Positions 18,926 to 27,348 of a DNA stretch of 41,545 nucleotides are shown here, one piece after another. How positions within the stretch are numbered: position 1 is the stretch's first letter; every line of letters begins with the position of its first letter. Origin of the DNA: Verrucomicrobiota bacterium. Its GTDB lineage: Bacteria > Verrucomicrobiota > Verrucomicrobiia > Chthoniobacterales > UBA10450. The position numbers and the translations under genes are program-made. The stretch is from NCBI GenBank assembly GCA_041167105.1, contig JBEEGX010000011.1, positions 1-41,545 on the forward strand, in the 5' to 3' direction. The notes beneath the pieces are model-generated. The model ran no database searches. It was not told the DNA's origin and saw only the letters and a list, made by a program, of their open reading frames with translations.

Positions 18926-19929
18926 GTCAGCATATCGGCAATGGCGTTAGTTAGGCTATCGGACGACGCGTGGCGCTGATACCAATCGTAATATTGAGCG
19001 GCGACGCCAGCGCGATCGGATGCGGGTAGATTGCGAATTGAAAATGGGCCAGGCAATTCGTCGGCGATCTGCGAGACCGGATGCGGAAAGACGGGAATGA
19101 TCGCGTGCGCGCACGCCGCGGCGAACGCGCTCGATTTCAAAATGACAGGGCCGGGAACATTTTCGCGATGAAAATAATCGAACCAGGCGAAGGAACATGC
19201 GCGCAAAATCCGTGACGCTTCGTCGGCCTCGATGTTCGGGCGATATTGCACATCGATCTTCGCAAGATCGACAATCGCCTTTCGCGCGTCGTCGTTTTCA
19301 CTGCCGCCAATGACGTGCAACGTCTGCGCGGGAATCTTGTCGTGTTGTTCGCGAAACGATCGCAACGCGCGAAGAATTGCGGTAGTCCCTCCGCAAATGA
19401 CCCAACGATGCGGATCGCGATTAGAAATTTCTTCGGCGGAAAGATTCGGCTCACCCAGGTTTGAAAAGACGGGATGAACGGCAACGCGCGTTTGCGGCGC
19501 GATTCGCAGTAACTGCGCTCGCGCAATTTCGTTTGTGACGATGCAGTGATCGGAAAGCTGCGCGATCGCGCGAGCGATGCGCACCTGAAGCGGGCGCAGC
19601 CAAAATGCACTGCGCCACGGCGGCCGCGACGCGTACAGCTCGTGAAAAATGGTGATGAACTTGCCGGCCAAACGTTCGCTCAGCTCACGCAAGATCGACA
19701 ACAAACGAAGCGGGACGCCGCGCGATTGATAGCCGTAGTTCACATAATGCAGAATGACGTGATCGCACTGCTCGGTCCGCGCATTCAAAGTATCGCCGGT
19801 GACGAACGCGGTTTCATATCCTCTGAGTGCGTGCAGTTTTCGTGAGAGCGTCTCGGCGTAATCGCCCACGGCCTCGCGCTCGCCGGGCAAGCGCGGAACA
19901 ATCTGCAAAATATGTTGCGAGGTCTTCAC
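18922..19929 (-). CDS. Hypothetical protein, possibly a GT-B-like glycosyltransferase
   Basis: The ORF track gives 18922..19959 (TTG). The GTG at 19929 forms a GTGA overlap with the upstream stop at 19926 and yields an N-terminus (KTSQHILQIVPRLPGEREAVGDYAETL) like GT-B enzymes. No catalytic motif recognised. Confidence 0.5.
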   Translation of the reverse strand: MKTSQHILQIVPRLPGEREAVGDYAETLSRKLHALRGYETAFVTGDTLNARTEQCDHVILHYVNYGYQSRGVPLRLLSILRELSERLAGKFITIFHELYASRPPWRSAFWLRPLQVRIARAIAQLSDHCIVTNEIARAQLLRIAPQTRVAVHPVFSNLGEPNLSAEEISNRDPHRWVICGGTTAILRALRSFREQHDKIPAQTLHVIGGSENDDARKAIVDLAKIDVQYRPNIEADEASRILRACSFAWFDYFHRENVPGPVILKSSAFAAACAHAIIPVFPHPVSQIADELPGPFSIRNLPASDRAGVAAQYYDWYQRHASSDSLTNAIADMLT

Positions 19930-22250
19930 GCAGACAATCGATTCAAAACCGGCTCCCAAAATTTATCGTGCTGATCGCGCCGTTGGAAATCGCGCCGCGC
20001 AAGCGCGAGCGCGTTAGTGGCGAACGTTTCGGCGTCGGCCGAGCCTAACAATTCACGCAACGTGCGCGCGATTTCCTTGGCATCGAGCGTCGTGATCAAA
20101 GCCGCGGCGCGATGTTGCGCGAGCAAGTTGAAAACAGCGGTGCCGGGCGGTCCATGATAAATGATCGGAATCCCGCTCGCGAGATAGCTCACCATTTTTG
20201 TGGACAGGCTGTAGGTGACGAAGGCGCGGTGCTCCTCGTCGAATGGCAACGGCAAATACAACCAATCGACCTCGGCGAAATCGGATTGGACGTCGGCTTC
20301 GGAACCATAGGGCAAAACGTGCACGCGCGGTTTGTGTAAATGCGGCCTAACGAAACCGCAACGAAGGGAAATCGATCGCGGCACATCCGGTGCAAGATCG
20401 ACAAGGTCGACCGCGTCGATCAGCGCTTGCAGGTTCGGTTCGTATTCGAGATGGAACAGACCCATGAAGTAAATGCGCAACTGCATCGGCGCAGAACGCG
20501 GCGCCGCTGCGAGCTGATCGACCCCATCGGTAACGACGACGAAATCGCGTGAGCCGTAGCGGCGATTGTATTCTTCGCCCAATTCCTTCGAGACAACAAA
20601 GCGCGCGTCTGCACCCGACCACGCTTCAGCGAGGCAACGCGACATGGCGCGACGCGGCGCGCGGCCGCCGCCGGTGTAAACGGCGTCGTCATGGACCTGA
20701 AGAAAAAACGGCAGCTTGAGTTTTTTGGCGATGCGATACGCGTGATGGAAATCGATCCCGCCATGCGCGATCGCATGCAAGGCGCGCGCGTTCACATCGT
20801 GACAGACGCGCTCAAGCTTCTGTGTGAATCGCCGACGGAACAGCGGGGCGAGCGCATGAGGCAACGCGACGAAGCGAGAGTGTTCGATGCGGCCCAAGCT
20901 TGGGCGAACGGGCAAATGAATTTCGTTTTCGAATTTGCGTTGCGGTTTCTCCGGCAAGGTGGAGACGCAGAGATAGGGCAGCGGCGCATCGCGCAGAAGC
21001 GAACGCAGAATTCGGCCGCCGCCGCCGCCTTCGACGCTGGCGACGCCGAACGGCTGGGTGAAGACAATGCGGCCGAGCTTTGCGATTTCGCCGCGATATT
21101 GCTCGATCGTGTCGGCGGCGATTTGTTCCCATTGAAATTTCTCCGCGATAGATCGACATCGTGCCGAAAGCGCTTCGTATTCGGCCGGTGCAAGATCGAG
21201 AATGTTCATCGCGCGTTGCGCCATGGTTTCGGCGTCTCCGGCCGCGACGAGAAATTCGCGATCGTCCCGGCCGAAAATTTCGCGCGGACCGGGAACATCG
21301 AATGTGATTGTCGGAATACCGGCGGCGAGTTGTTCGAGAATGGCGAGACCGAAGCCTTCGACGTAACTCGGAAAAACGCCGACCGCGCAATCCGCGAGCA
21401 AGGTCGACAATTGCTCGGACGAATATTCGGGAACGAGCTCAACGCGTTCGGAAGAGCGCAGGCCGAGATCGGCGAATATTTTTTCCGAGGCGGTCATGGT
21501 CCCGAGAAAGGAGAAGCGTGCGTCTGGAATTCGTTGCCAGATGTGGCGGATAATTTTCGGCCAATCGAACGCGCCTTTGCGCGGACCCCACATGCCGATG
21601 AAGCTGATTTTTCTTTGCGCGAGTCGGTGCTCGGCCGGCGCGGCCGCCTGCGCGAGCGCGTGACGACGCTCGTTCGTCAGTCCGTATGGCTGAACGATGA
21701 TTGCAAGATCGACATGTGCATCTTCCCGGAGTGCGTGCGCCTCGTCCTCGTTAGGAACATTGACGACGTCGGCGTGACGCACGGCGGCGGCCGACGCGCG
21801 CTTGAGCCATTGCCGGATGGCGGTGTAGAGAACGCGACCGGCAATTTTTCCACGCGAGCGCGTTTGCCCTTTCGGTTCGTAGCGCTCGTAAAGTTGAAGC
21901 AAACCGACCGAGCGCGCGACGAGCAGTCCATGGAAGCGAAGTTTTTGTTTGGAGCCGTGCAGCGAGCCGATGACGGCGTCGACGATGTCAAAGCGGTGAG
22001 CGTTTGCCCTAACGAACGCGGCGGCTTTGTAGGCAAAGAGGACCTGGCGAATGGCGAAATGCGCGCGAACGAATCGCGCGTTTGGAAACGCTTCGGACAA
22101 ACTGAATTTTTCGACGATGTGACCGGCGGCGCGCCAGCGTTCCATCAATTCGAGATAGACGCGGACGGCGCCGAGACGCGTGTCCCACGGCAGATTGACG
22201 ACGAGCAAAATGCGCAACGGGCGCGGCGTTACTGTTTCAGGCTTGTCCAA
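19926..22250 (-). CDS. Two-domain glycosyltransferase (N-terminal GT4 module plus a second GT-B-like module)
   Basis: 774 aa. The first ~390 aa carry LRILLVVNLPWDTRLGAVRVYLEL and VGVFPSYVEGFGLAILEQLAAGIPTITFDVPGPREIF (GT4). The second half begins GRIVFTQPFGVASVEGGGGGRILRSL and ends with a Rossmann-like PIIYHGPPGTAV segment. Start is uncertain (TTG 22250 or TTG 22217). Confidence 0.7.
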   Translation of the reverse strand: MDKPETVTPRPLRILLVVNLPWDTRLGAVRVYLELMERWRAAGHIVEKFSLSEAFPNARFVRAHFAIRQVLFAYKAAAFVRANAHRFDIVDAVIGSLHGSKQKLRFHGLLVARSVGLLQLYERYEPKGQTRSRGKIAGRVLYTAIRQWLKRASAAAVRHADVVNVPNEDEAHALREDAHVDLAIIVQPYGLTNERRHALAQAAAPAEHRLAQRKISFIGMWGPRKGAFDWPKIIRHIWQRIPDARFSFLGTMTASEKIFADLGLRSSERVELVPEYSSEQLSTLLADCAVGVFPSYVEGFGLAILEQLAAGIPTITFDVPGPREIFGRDDREFLVAAGDAETMAQRAMNILDLAPAEYEALSARCRSIAEKFQWEQIAADTIEQYRGEIAKLGRIVFTQPFGVASVEGGGGGRILRSLLRDAPLPYLCVSTLPEKPQRKFENEIHLPVRPSLGRIEHSRFVALPHALAPLFRRRFTQKLERVCHDVNARALHAIAHGGIDFHHAYRIAKKLKLPFFLQVHDDAVYTGGGRAPRRAMSRCLAEAWSGADARFVVSKELGEEYNRRYGSRDFVVVTDGVDQLAAAPRSAPMQLRIYFMGLFHLEYEPNLQALIDAVDLVDLAPDVPRSISLRCGFVRPHLHKPRVHVLPYGSEADVQSDFAEVDWLYLPLPFDEEHRAFVTYSLSTKMVSYLASGIPIIYHGPPGTAVFNLLAQHRAAALITTLDAKEIARTLRELLGSADAETFATNALALARRDFQRRDQHDKFWEPVLNRLSA

Positions 22251-23053
22251 AATTTGTGGCGAACAGGATTAACGTAATGACGCAGGACCAATTCAGGACC
22301 TGCATGTCGATCTTGCCAGATGGCTTGATCGTCGAGTTGAAGCACGTACTTGGCCGGGTCGAGCGGGCGCGCGCCGTTTCGATGCATGGCGAGATGCGTC
22401 AGCGTTTGGTTGGTATGAAAAGCGGGCGCGCCTCCTAATTGCAAAAAGCGCTCGAGCGCGAGCGACCAATCGAGTTTCTGAAAAAGCAAAAGCACGCCGG
22501 TGTTAACCGGATCGCGCTTTTCCGATTCGTCGCGGAGCAAATGCTCGTCGCCGGCGAATTGGCAATCGGCCAGATAATACGCGGGCGCGTCGCGCTGCTC
22601 GATCTGCCTAACGAGATCGGACGCGCCGGGGAAGAAGAGAACGTCAGCGTCGACATATAAGGCATGTTCGAGCGACATGATGAGCGCGAGTTGTTTGCCG
22701 GTGTAATGATTCGCGAGATAATTGCGCAGCTTTTCGGGAACATTCGGCGGCGGTAAAACCGATGAGCGAACTTTCACGCTAAGATCGACATCTTCCAATA
22801 ACCGGATGCTGCGCGGTGAATGTGAGCCATCGGAAACGACCGTGAAACTTTTCGGGCGGCCAGCGTGGCGAAGAAAGGAGCGAATGGATGCGATTTGCTC
22901 CGGTAACATCTCTTCGTTCGAATAGGCGAAGACGTCGATGTCGATCTTGCGCGGTGCTTCGATGCCTTGAGAGACGATTCGCGGAAGCGCAGCGCGGTAG
23001 CGATTGCGAATCGCGCGTCCGCGCCAGATGGCAAAGTGATAGGCTAGATTCAT
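22229..23053 (-). CDS. Putative nucleotide-diphospho-sugar transferase (GT-A/GT8-like, DxD)
   Basis: The ORF track starts at 23260 and overlaps the flippase gene. The Met at 23053 (MNLAYHF) gives an ATGA overlap with the stop at 23050. Contains YVDADVLFF (DxD-like) and PVNTGVLLL, reminiscent of GT8-type enzymes. Weak assignment. Confidence 0.5.
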   Translation of the reverse strand: MNLAYHFAIWRGRAIRNRYRAALPRIVSQGIEAPRKIDIDVFAYSNEEMLPEQIASIRSFLRHAGRPKSFTVVSDGSHSPRSIRLLEDVDLSVKVRSSVLPPPNVPEKLRNYLANHYTGKQLALIMSLEHALYVDADVLFFPGASDLVRQIEQRDAPAYYLADCQFAGDEHLLRDESEKRDPVNTGVLLLFQKLDWSLALERFLQLGGAPAFHTNQTLTHLAMHRNGARPLDPAKYVLQLDDQAIWQDRHAGPELVLRHYVNPVRHKFWTSLKQ

Positions 23054-24366
23054 TGTTCGGCCGCGAAACGGTGTAATCCGCGCCAACTCATCGCGATGTT
23101 GAGCAAAAGATTTGGGACGGCGGAAAGAAGATTGAAGTTGAGCACGCCGGCGACGCTGGAGAAATCGGTGAACGGAATGAGTGCGAGCTGCGTGCCGAGG
23201 GTGAGCGGAATGTAAAGCCACGCGCCGTGGATCCACGCCTTCGACGCGTTCAACGCCCAAAAGGTGCCGGTGAGCGCGGCTATGACGGAGCCGGCGACCA
23301 TGAGGAACAACTCGCGATGGAGATGCGCGTATTTGTGGCCGAGCACGAACAGGAATTGGTTCGGCAGAAGCACCGCGCCGGCGACGACGGCGAGACTAAA
23401 CGCCGCGACGCCGCCGACGATGGCGAGGAAAAGCCAGCGAAGTTTGCGTGCGCTTTGGCAACGCGCGAATTCGGGAACGAAGACGTTGGTGAGGAGATTG
23501 CTAAGGACGGCGAAGATCATGGCGAGACGGCCGAGCGCGCCGACTTCGGCGACGGAGCTGACTTGGCGAGCGAAGAAGCTGATGAGGAAAATTGTGATTT
23601 GCCCCTGGAAACAATAGAAGACGGCGTTGGCGGCGAGATGTTTCGTCAGCCGCATTATTTCTTGTCGATCTTGCAGATTTTCCTGCGCGCCAAGATCGAC
23701 AACTGCATTCACGTAACGACGCAGCATGAGGTACTGCAGAAGAAAAACCGCGCTGGCCACGGCAACGGCGATGCCGGCGTTGAGAATCCAGAAGGCAAAC
23801 GCGACGAAGAGCGCGAGCCTAACGACGGCGCCGGTGAAATCGATGATTTGAATACGAGTGACGTCGGCGCGAAGTCGCGGGACGACACTGAGAACGCCGA
23901 CGGAAAATTGGAGAAGTAATCCGGCGACGACGATTACGGCGAGAATTGCGATGTAAAGAAGAGGCGCGCCGTTTTTCCAAAGCATCGAGCACATGATGGG
24001 CGTGACGATGAGGATGGCAGCGGCGCCAAGTTTTCGACGCACGTGCAGACCGGTAACAATGAGTTCGCCGAAACGATGTCGATCTTGCCAGACGCGGCCG
24101 CCGATGGAGACGAGACCGACGGAAATGCCGATGTCGGCGAGGAGATTGATCGTCGCCTGCATCGAATTCGCGATGGTGAAATAGGCGTACTCGGGTTGCG
24201 ACATCCAGCGGATGAGCAAAATGCCGCTGAGAAATCCGATGACCTGGACGACGGCCTGGACGGCGGCGAAGTTACCGATGATGCGGGCACGATAGAGCGC
24301 GCGCCTAACGAGAGGCGTCGAGGTCTCGCTAAGACCGGGAAGTGAGATCGGACCGAAGAAGCTCAT
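23050..24366 (-). CDS. wzx: Polysaccharide/oligosaccharide flippase (Wzx-like, MOP superfamily)
   Basis: 438 aa with about 12 hydrophobic segments. The N-terminal region RARIIGNFAAVQAVVQVIGFLSGILLIRWMSQPEYAYFTIANSM is typical of polysaccharide biosynthesis (Wzx) proteins, and it sits in an EPS context. Confidence 0.75.
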   Translation of the reverse strand: MSFFGPISLPGLSETSTPLVRRALYRARIIGNFAAVQAVVQVIGFLSGILLIRWMSQPEYAYFTIANSMQATINLLADIGISVGLVSIGGRVWQDRHRFGELIVTGLHVRRKLGAAAILIVTPIMCSMLWKNGAPLLYIAILAVIVVAGLLLQFSVGVLSVVPRLRADVTRIQIIDFTGAVVRLALFVAFAFWILNAGIAVAVASAVFLLQYLMLRRYVNAVVDLGAQENLQDRQEIMRLTKHLAANAVFYCFQGQITIFLISFFARQVSSVAEVGALGRLAMIFAVLSNLLTNVFVPEFARCQSARKLRWLFLAIVGGVAAFSLAVVAGAVLLPNQFLFVLGHKYAHLHRELFLMVAGSVIAALTGTFWALNASKAWIHGAWLYIPLTLGTQLALIPFTDFSSVAGVLNFNLLSAVPNLLLNIAMSWRGLHRFAAEQ

Positions 24367-24471
24367 GGCGCACGGTGCGAGCGATAATCCGATGCCGAAG
24401 TGCCAAGAGCAATCGCGCGAATACAGCGCGAAATGAAGATGTCGATCTTAGCGCAGCCCGATGGGCGCAGC

Positions 24472-26616
24472 TTAAGAATGTTGCGCGTGTCCGGCGCGCT
24501 CGCGTGGCGGAGCGGCAGCGGGTTCCTCGACGACGGGCGTATTGTAGTACTCGGCGTACTGATAGTAGTAGTACTCGGGCAACGATGTGTCGACGAAGTT
24601 GAGAATGACGCCGGGGACGTTGACCTGGCGGTTGTAGAGAAGCTCGAGCGATTTGCGGCTGAGACGCGCGGAAGTGTAGGCGAGCCTAACGACGAAGATG
24701 GTGGCGTCGATCTTGGGCGCGAGACTGGTGGTATCATCAGCGGCGAGAACCGGCGAGCTGTCGATCAAGATGTAATCGTAGTGCTGGTAAATCTCGCGCA
24801 GAATGGCGTCGGTCGTATCGCGCAGGAGATGTTCGCTAGGCTGAGCGAGGGTCTTGCCGCGTGGGAGAAGGAAAAGGTTCGGATACGGAGTGGGAACGAC
24901 CACTTCTTTCCAGTTCACCTCCTGTTTCAGCACTTCGGAAAATCCGATACGCGATGAAATGTCGAACGCTTCCCGCAACGCACCGCGGCGAAGGTCGCCA
25001 TCGATGAGCAATGTCTTCGCGCCGGAAAGCGCCATGGTGATGGCGAGGTTGGCCGAGACGGTGGACTTGCCCTCGTTAGGCACAGCGCTGGTGATGAGAA
25101 AGGTTTTCGGGCGCGGGCCTTCGACCGGCATGAAGAAAATGGAGGAGCGGACGTTGCGATACGATTCGGCGAAGACGTGGCGCGCGTCGTCGGGTTGCAG
25201 CAGGCTGACTTTGCCCTTCGTTTTCTCGCGCGGAATCTGGCCGAGGACGTTTTCGGCAAAATGATGTTGGAATTCGCCGAAGGAGGCCATGCGGTCGTCG
25301 ATGCGATCGAGCAAGATGAGAATGGCGATGCCGGCTAGCGCGCCGGCGCCAAGGCCGATGAGCAGACTCTTGATGAGACCGGGCCTAACGGATTTCGGAC
25401 CGGTGGCCATTTCCATGATCGAGACCTGATCGCCGCTGTCGACCACTTGCGAGACGTCGATGTCTTTCAAGTTCTGCGTGAGACGATCGTAAAGCGTCTT
25501 CATGCGATCGACTTTGCTCTTGATGCGATTGAATTGAGCGAGGCGCTGGCTGAGATCGAGCGCTTTGGCCTCCCATTCTTTAATGTTGGATTGCAGATTT
25601 TCCATCTGCTTACCGATGGATTTGCGACGCGTCTCGAGTTTTTCGACGGTGTCCTGGCGGAAGAGTTGGATGAGTTTTTCCTGTTCGACGATCTGATCGT
25701 TGAGCCGGAGAATTTTCGGATGCCGCGGCCGCAAATCTTTGGCGAGGAGATCGCGCTGCGCCTTGAATAGCTGGACTTGCTGCTTGGCCTTGAGGTAATC
25801 GCCTTCGGGTCCGACATCGGAATATGGCAGGCCGCGGTTCTCTTCAACGGTGTTGTTTTCTGCTGGCGATGCATCTGGTTTACCGCTCTGAGCGCGATCG
25901 AGATTCTGATCAAGATCGAGAAGGTTGAGCAGGTCGTATTCGGTTTTAAGTCCGGCGTAATCGCGATTCAGCTTCACCAGAAACTGCGCGGCGCTGTTCC
26001 CCTCTTCCTGAATGAAACCGATATTGTTTTGTTTTTGGAATTCGAGCAGTTCGTCCTCGGCCGACCGCAAATCCTTCTCGGTTTGAATCAGCTGCTCGGT
26101 GATGCCGGTGACAACGGTGTGGCCCTGCTCGGATCGCATGCCCTTTTTAAATTCAACATACTTTTGCATCAGGGCGTTGAGGTACGCCTGGGTGTAATCG
26201 GGCGTGCTGCCGATGGCTTGCAGCTCGAAAATGGAAGTGCGCGGCCGTTGCACCACGTTAAGATCGACATGTACCGGCGCGATCTCGGGGTGGGTCGAGC
26301 GCACGAGCGCTTCCGCGCCCTGGCGCACATCGCCGCTCTGCATCAATTGAATCTGGGTGCCGTAAAAGTTGACGTTGTCTTCGCTGTAGACTGCGCCCTG
26401 CGCGATGTTGAGTTTGCCGGCGAGCATCATTTTGCTCGTGGAAAGGAATGAGGGCGGCGTTTGGTAAATGAGAAACGCTTCAACAAATAATCCGAGGCAA
26501 ATCGTCAGGACCGGGATCCACCACCGACGCAGCAGAAGCGCTTTGTAACGGTGAAGGCGCGTGATGAACGCAGTCGACCAGGGAGTAGGCGTGGATTTGT
26601 CGGAGAGCGGCTGCAT
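24472..26616 (-). CDS. wzc: Polysaccharide co-polymerase / tyrosine autokinase (Wzc/GumC/EpsB type)
   Basis: 714 aa. A TM helix precedes a long coiled-coil periplasmic Wzz-like domain and a second TM helix. The cytoplasmic P-loop kinase domain has Walker A (SAVPNEGKSTVSANLA), a Walker A'-like segment LLIDGDLRRG and a C-terminal Tyr cluster (PEYYYYQYAEYYNT). Confidence 0.9.
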   Translation of the reverse strand: MQPLSDKSTPTPWSTAFITRLHRYKALLLRRWWIPVLTICLGLFVEAFLIYQTPPSFLSTSKMMLAGKLNIAQGAVYSEDNVNFYGTQIQLMQSGDVRQGAEALVRSTHPEIAPVHVDLNVVQRPRTSIFELQAIGSTPDYTQAYLNALMQKYVEFKKGMRSEQGHTVVTGITEQLIQTEKDLRSAEDELLEFQKQNNIGFIQEEGNSAAQFLVKLNRDYAGLKTEYDLLNLLDLDQNLDRAQSGKPDASPAENNTVEENRGLPYSDVGPEGDYLKAKQQVQLFKAQRDLLAKDLRPRHPKILRLNDQIVEQEKLIQLFRQDTVEKLETRRKSIGKQMENLQSNIKEWEAKALDLSQRLAQFNRIKSKVDRMKTLYDRLTQNLKDIDVSQVVDSGDQVSIMEMATGPKSVRPGLIKSLLIGLGAGALAGIAILILLDRIDDRMASFGEFQHHFAENVLGQIPREKTKGKVSLLQPDDARHVFAESYRNVRSSIFFMPVEGPRPKTFLITSAVPNEGKSTVSANLAITMALSGAKTLLIDGDLRRGALREAFDISSRIGFSEVLKQEVNWKEVVVPTPYPNLFLLPRGKTLAQPSEHLLRDTTDAILREIYQHYDYILIDSSPVLAADDTTSLAPKIDATIFVVRLAYTSARLSRKSLELLYNRQVNVPGVILNFVDTSLPEYYYYQYAEYYNTPVVEEPAAAPPRERAGHAQHS

Positions 26617-26619
26617 TGC

Positions 26620-27333
26620 TTACATATTGATCAAACGCTGCGGCACGTAAATCTGATCGTCGGGTTGAAGGACAACGTCCTCCTCGGTTTTTCCGTCCTC
26701 GATGACGCGCTTAAGATCGACACTGAAATCTTTGCCGTCTTTGCGCGTGACTTTAACCTTGCGCTTGTTTGCAAAATCTCCGAAACCGCCGGCGCGAATG
26801 ACGGCTTTGCTGGCGGTGTAACTTTCATCCGCGGGAATTTCCTGCGGGCCCTGCTGCTTCACGGAACCGTAAACGTAAATGCGTCCGCGCGATTTTTCAC
26901 TGACGCGATCGAGCGCGAGAATGACGGTGGCGTGGTGATAATATTCTCTTTCGAGAGCGCCCTTAATGTCGTGCGCGAGCTGCTTGCAGGTCTTGCCCTG
27001 TGCGGGAATGGGGCCGATGTACGGAACGTCCAGCTCGCCGTTGTCGTTTACGCGCAAGCGTTGCGATTCGTTATCTCGATCTTCCACCACGCGGAAGCTG
27101 ACGTAATCGTTTGAGCCGAGCTTCTTCTTGTCGTCGAGCGCGGACATGGAATTGGTGCGCAGCACCGTGCTCGTGGTCGGCGGTTCCGGTCCCGAGGGTG
27201 TTTTCTCCGACGGCGGTGGCGGCGGCGGACTGGAGGAATCCCGGTTGTAACCCGGGTTATATCTCTGGGCTTGTCCGGCTATTGAAACCGAAAAACTGAG
27301 AGCAAGTGCGCATGCATAAACCCTGTATTTCAT
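26620..27333 (-). CDS. wza: Polysaccharide export protein (Wza-like, Poly_export + SLBB)
   Basis: 237 aa. Signal peptide MKYRVYACALALSFSVSIAGQAQ, a Poly_export-like core (YVSFRVVEDRDNESQRLRVNDNGELDVPYIGPIPAQGKTCKQLAHDIKGALE) and an SLBB-like C-terminus. Lies immediately upstream of wzc. Confidence 0.85.
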   Translation of the reverse strand: MKYRVYACALALSFSVSIAGQAQRYNPGYNRDSSSPPPPPPSEKTPSGPEPPTTSTVLRTNSMSALDDKKKLGSNDYVSFRVVEDRDNESQRLRVNDNGELDVPYIGPIPAQGKTCKQLAHDIKGALEREYYHHATVILALDRVSEKSRGRIYVYGSVKQQGPQEIPADESYTASKAVIRAGGFGDFANKRKVKVTRKDGKDFSVDLKRVIEDGKTEEDVVLQPDDQIYVPQRLINM

Positions 27334-27348
27334 CCCCTGCGCATAACG

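Noticed and set aside
20691-22277. Long plus-strand ORF (528 aa) and many similar ones in the track: 7..399, 371..931, 599..1075, 2868..3803, 5936..6601, 6943..7671, 14037..14864, 23227..23919, 24400..24957, 25777..26451, 26551..27114, 32591..33196, 34941..35609, 36907..37677.
   Set aside because: They are antisense or out-of-frame shadows of well-supported genes in GC-rich DNA. Their translations are R/G/A/E-rich low-complexity strings with no recognisable domains, and each is fully overlapped by a gene with clear family motifs.
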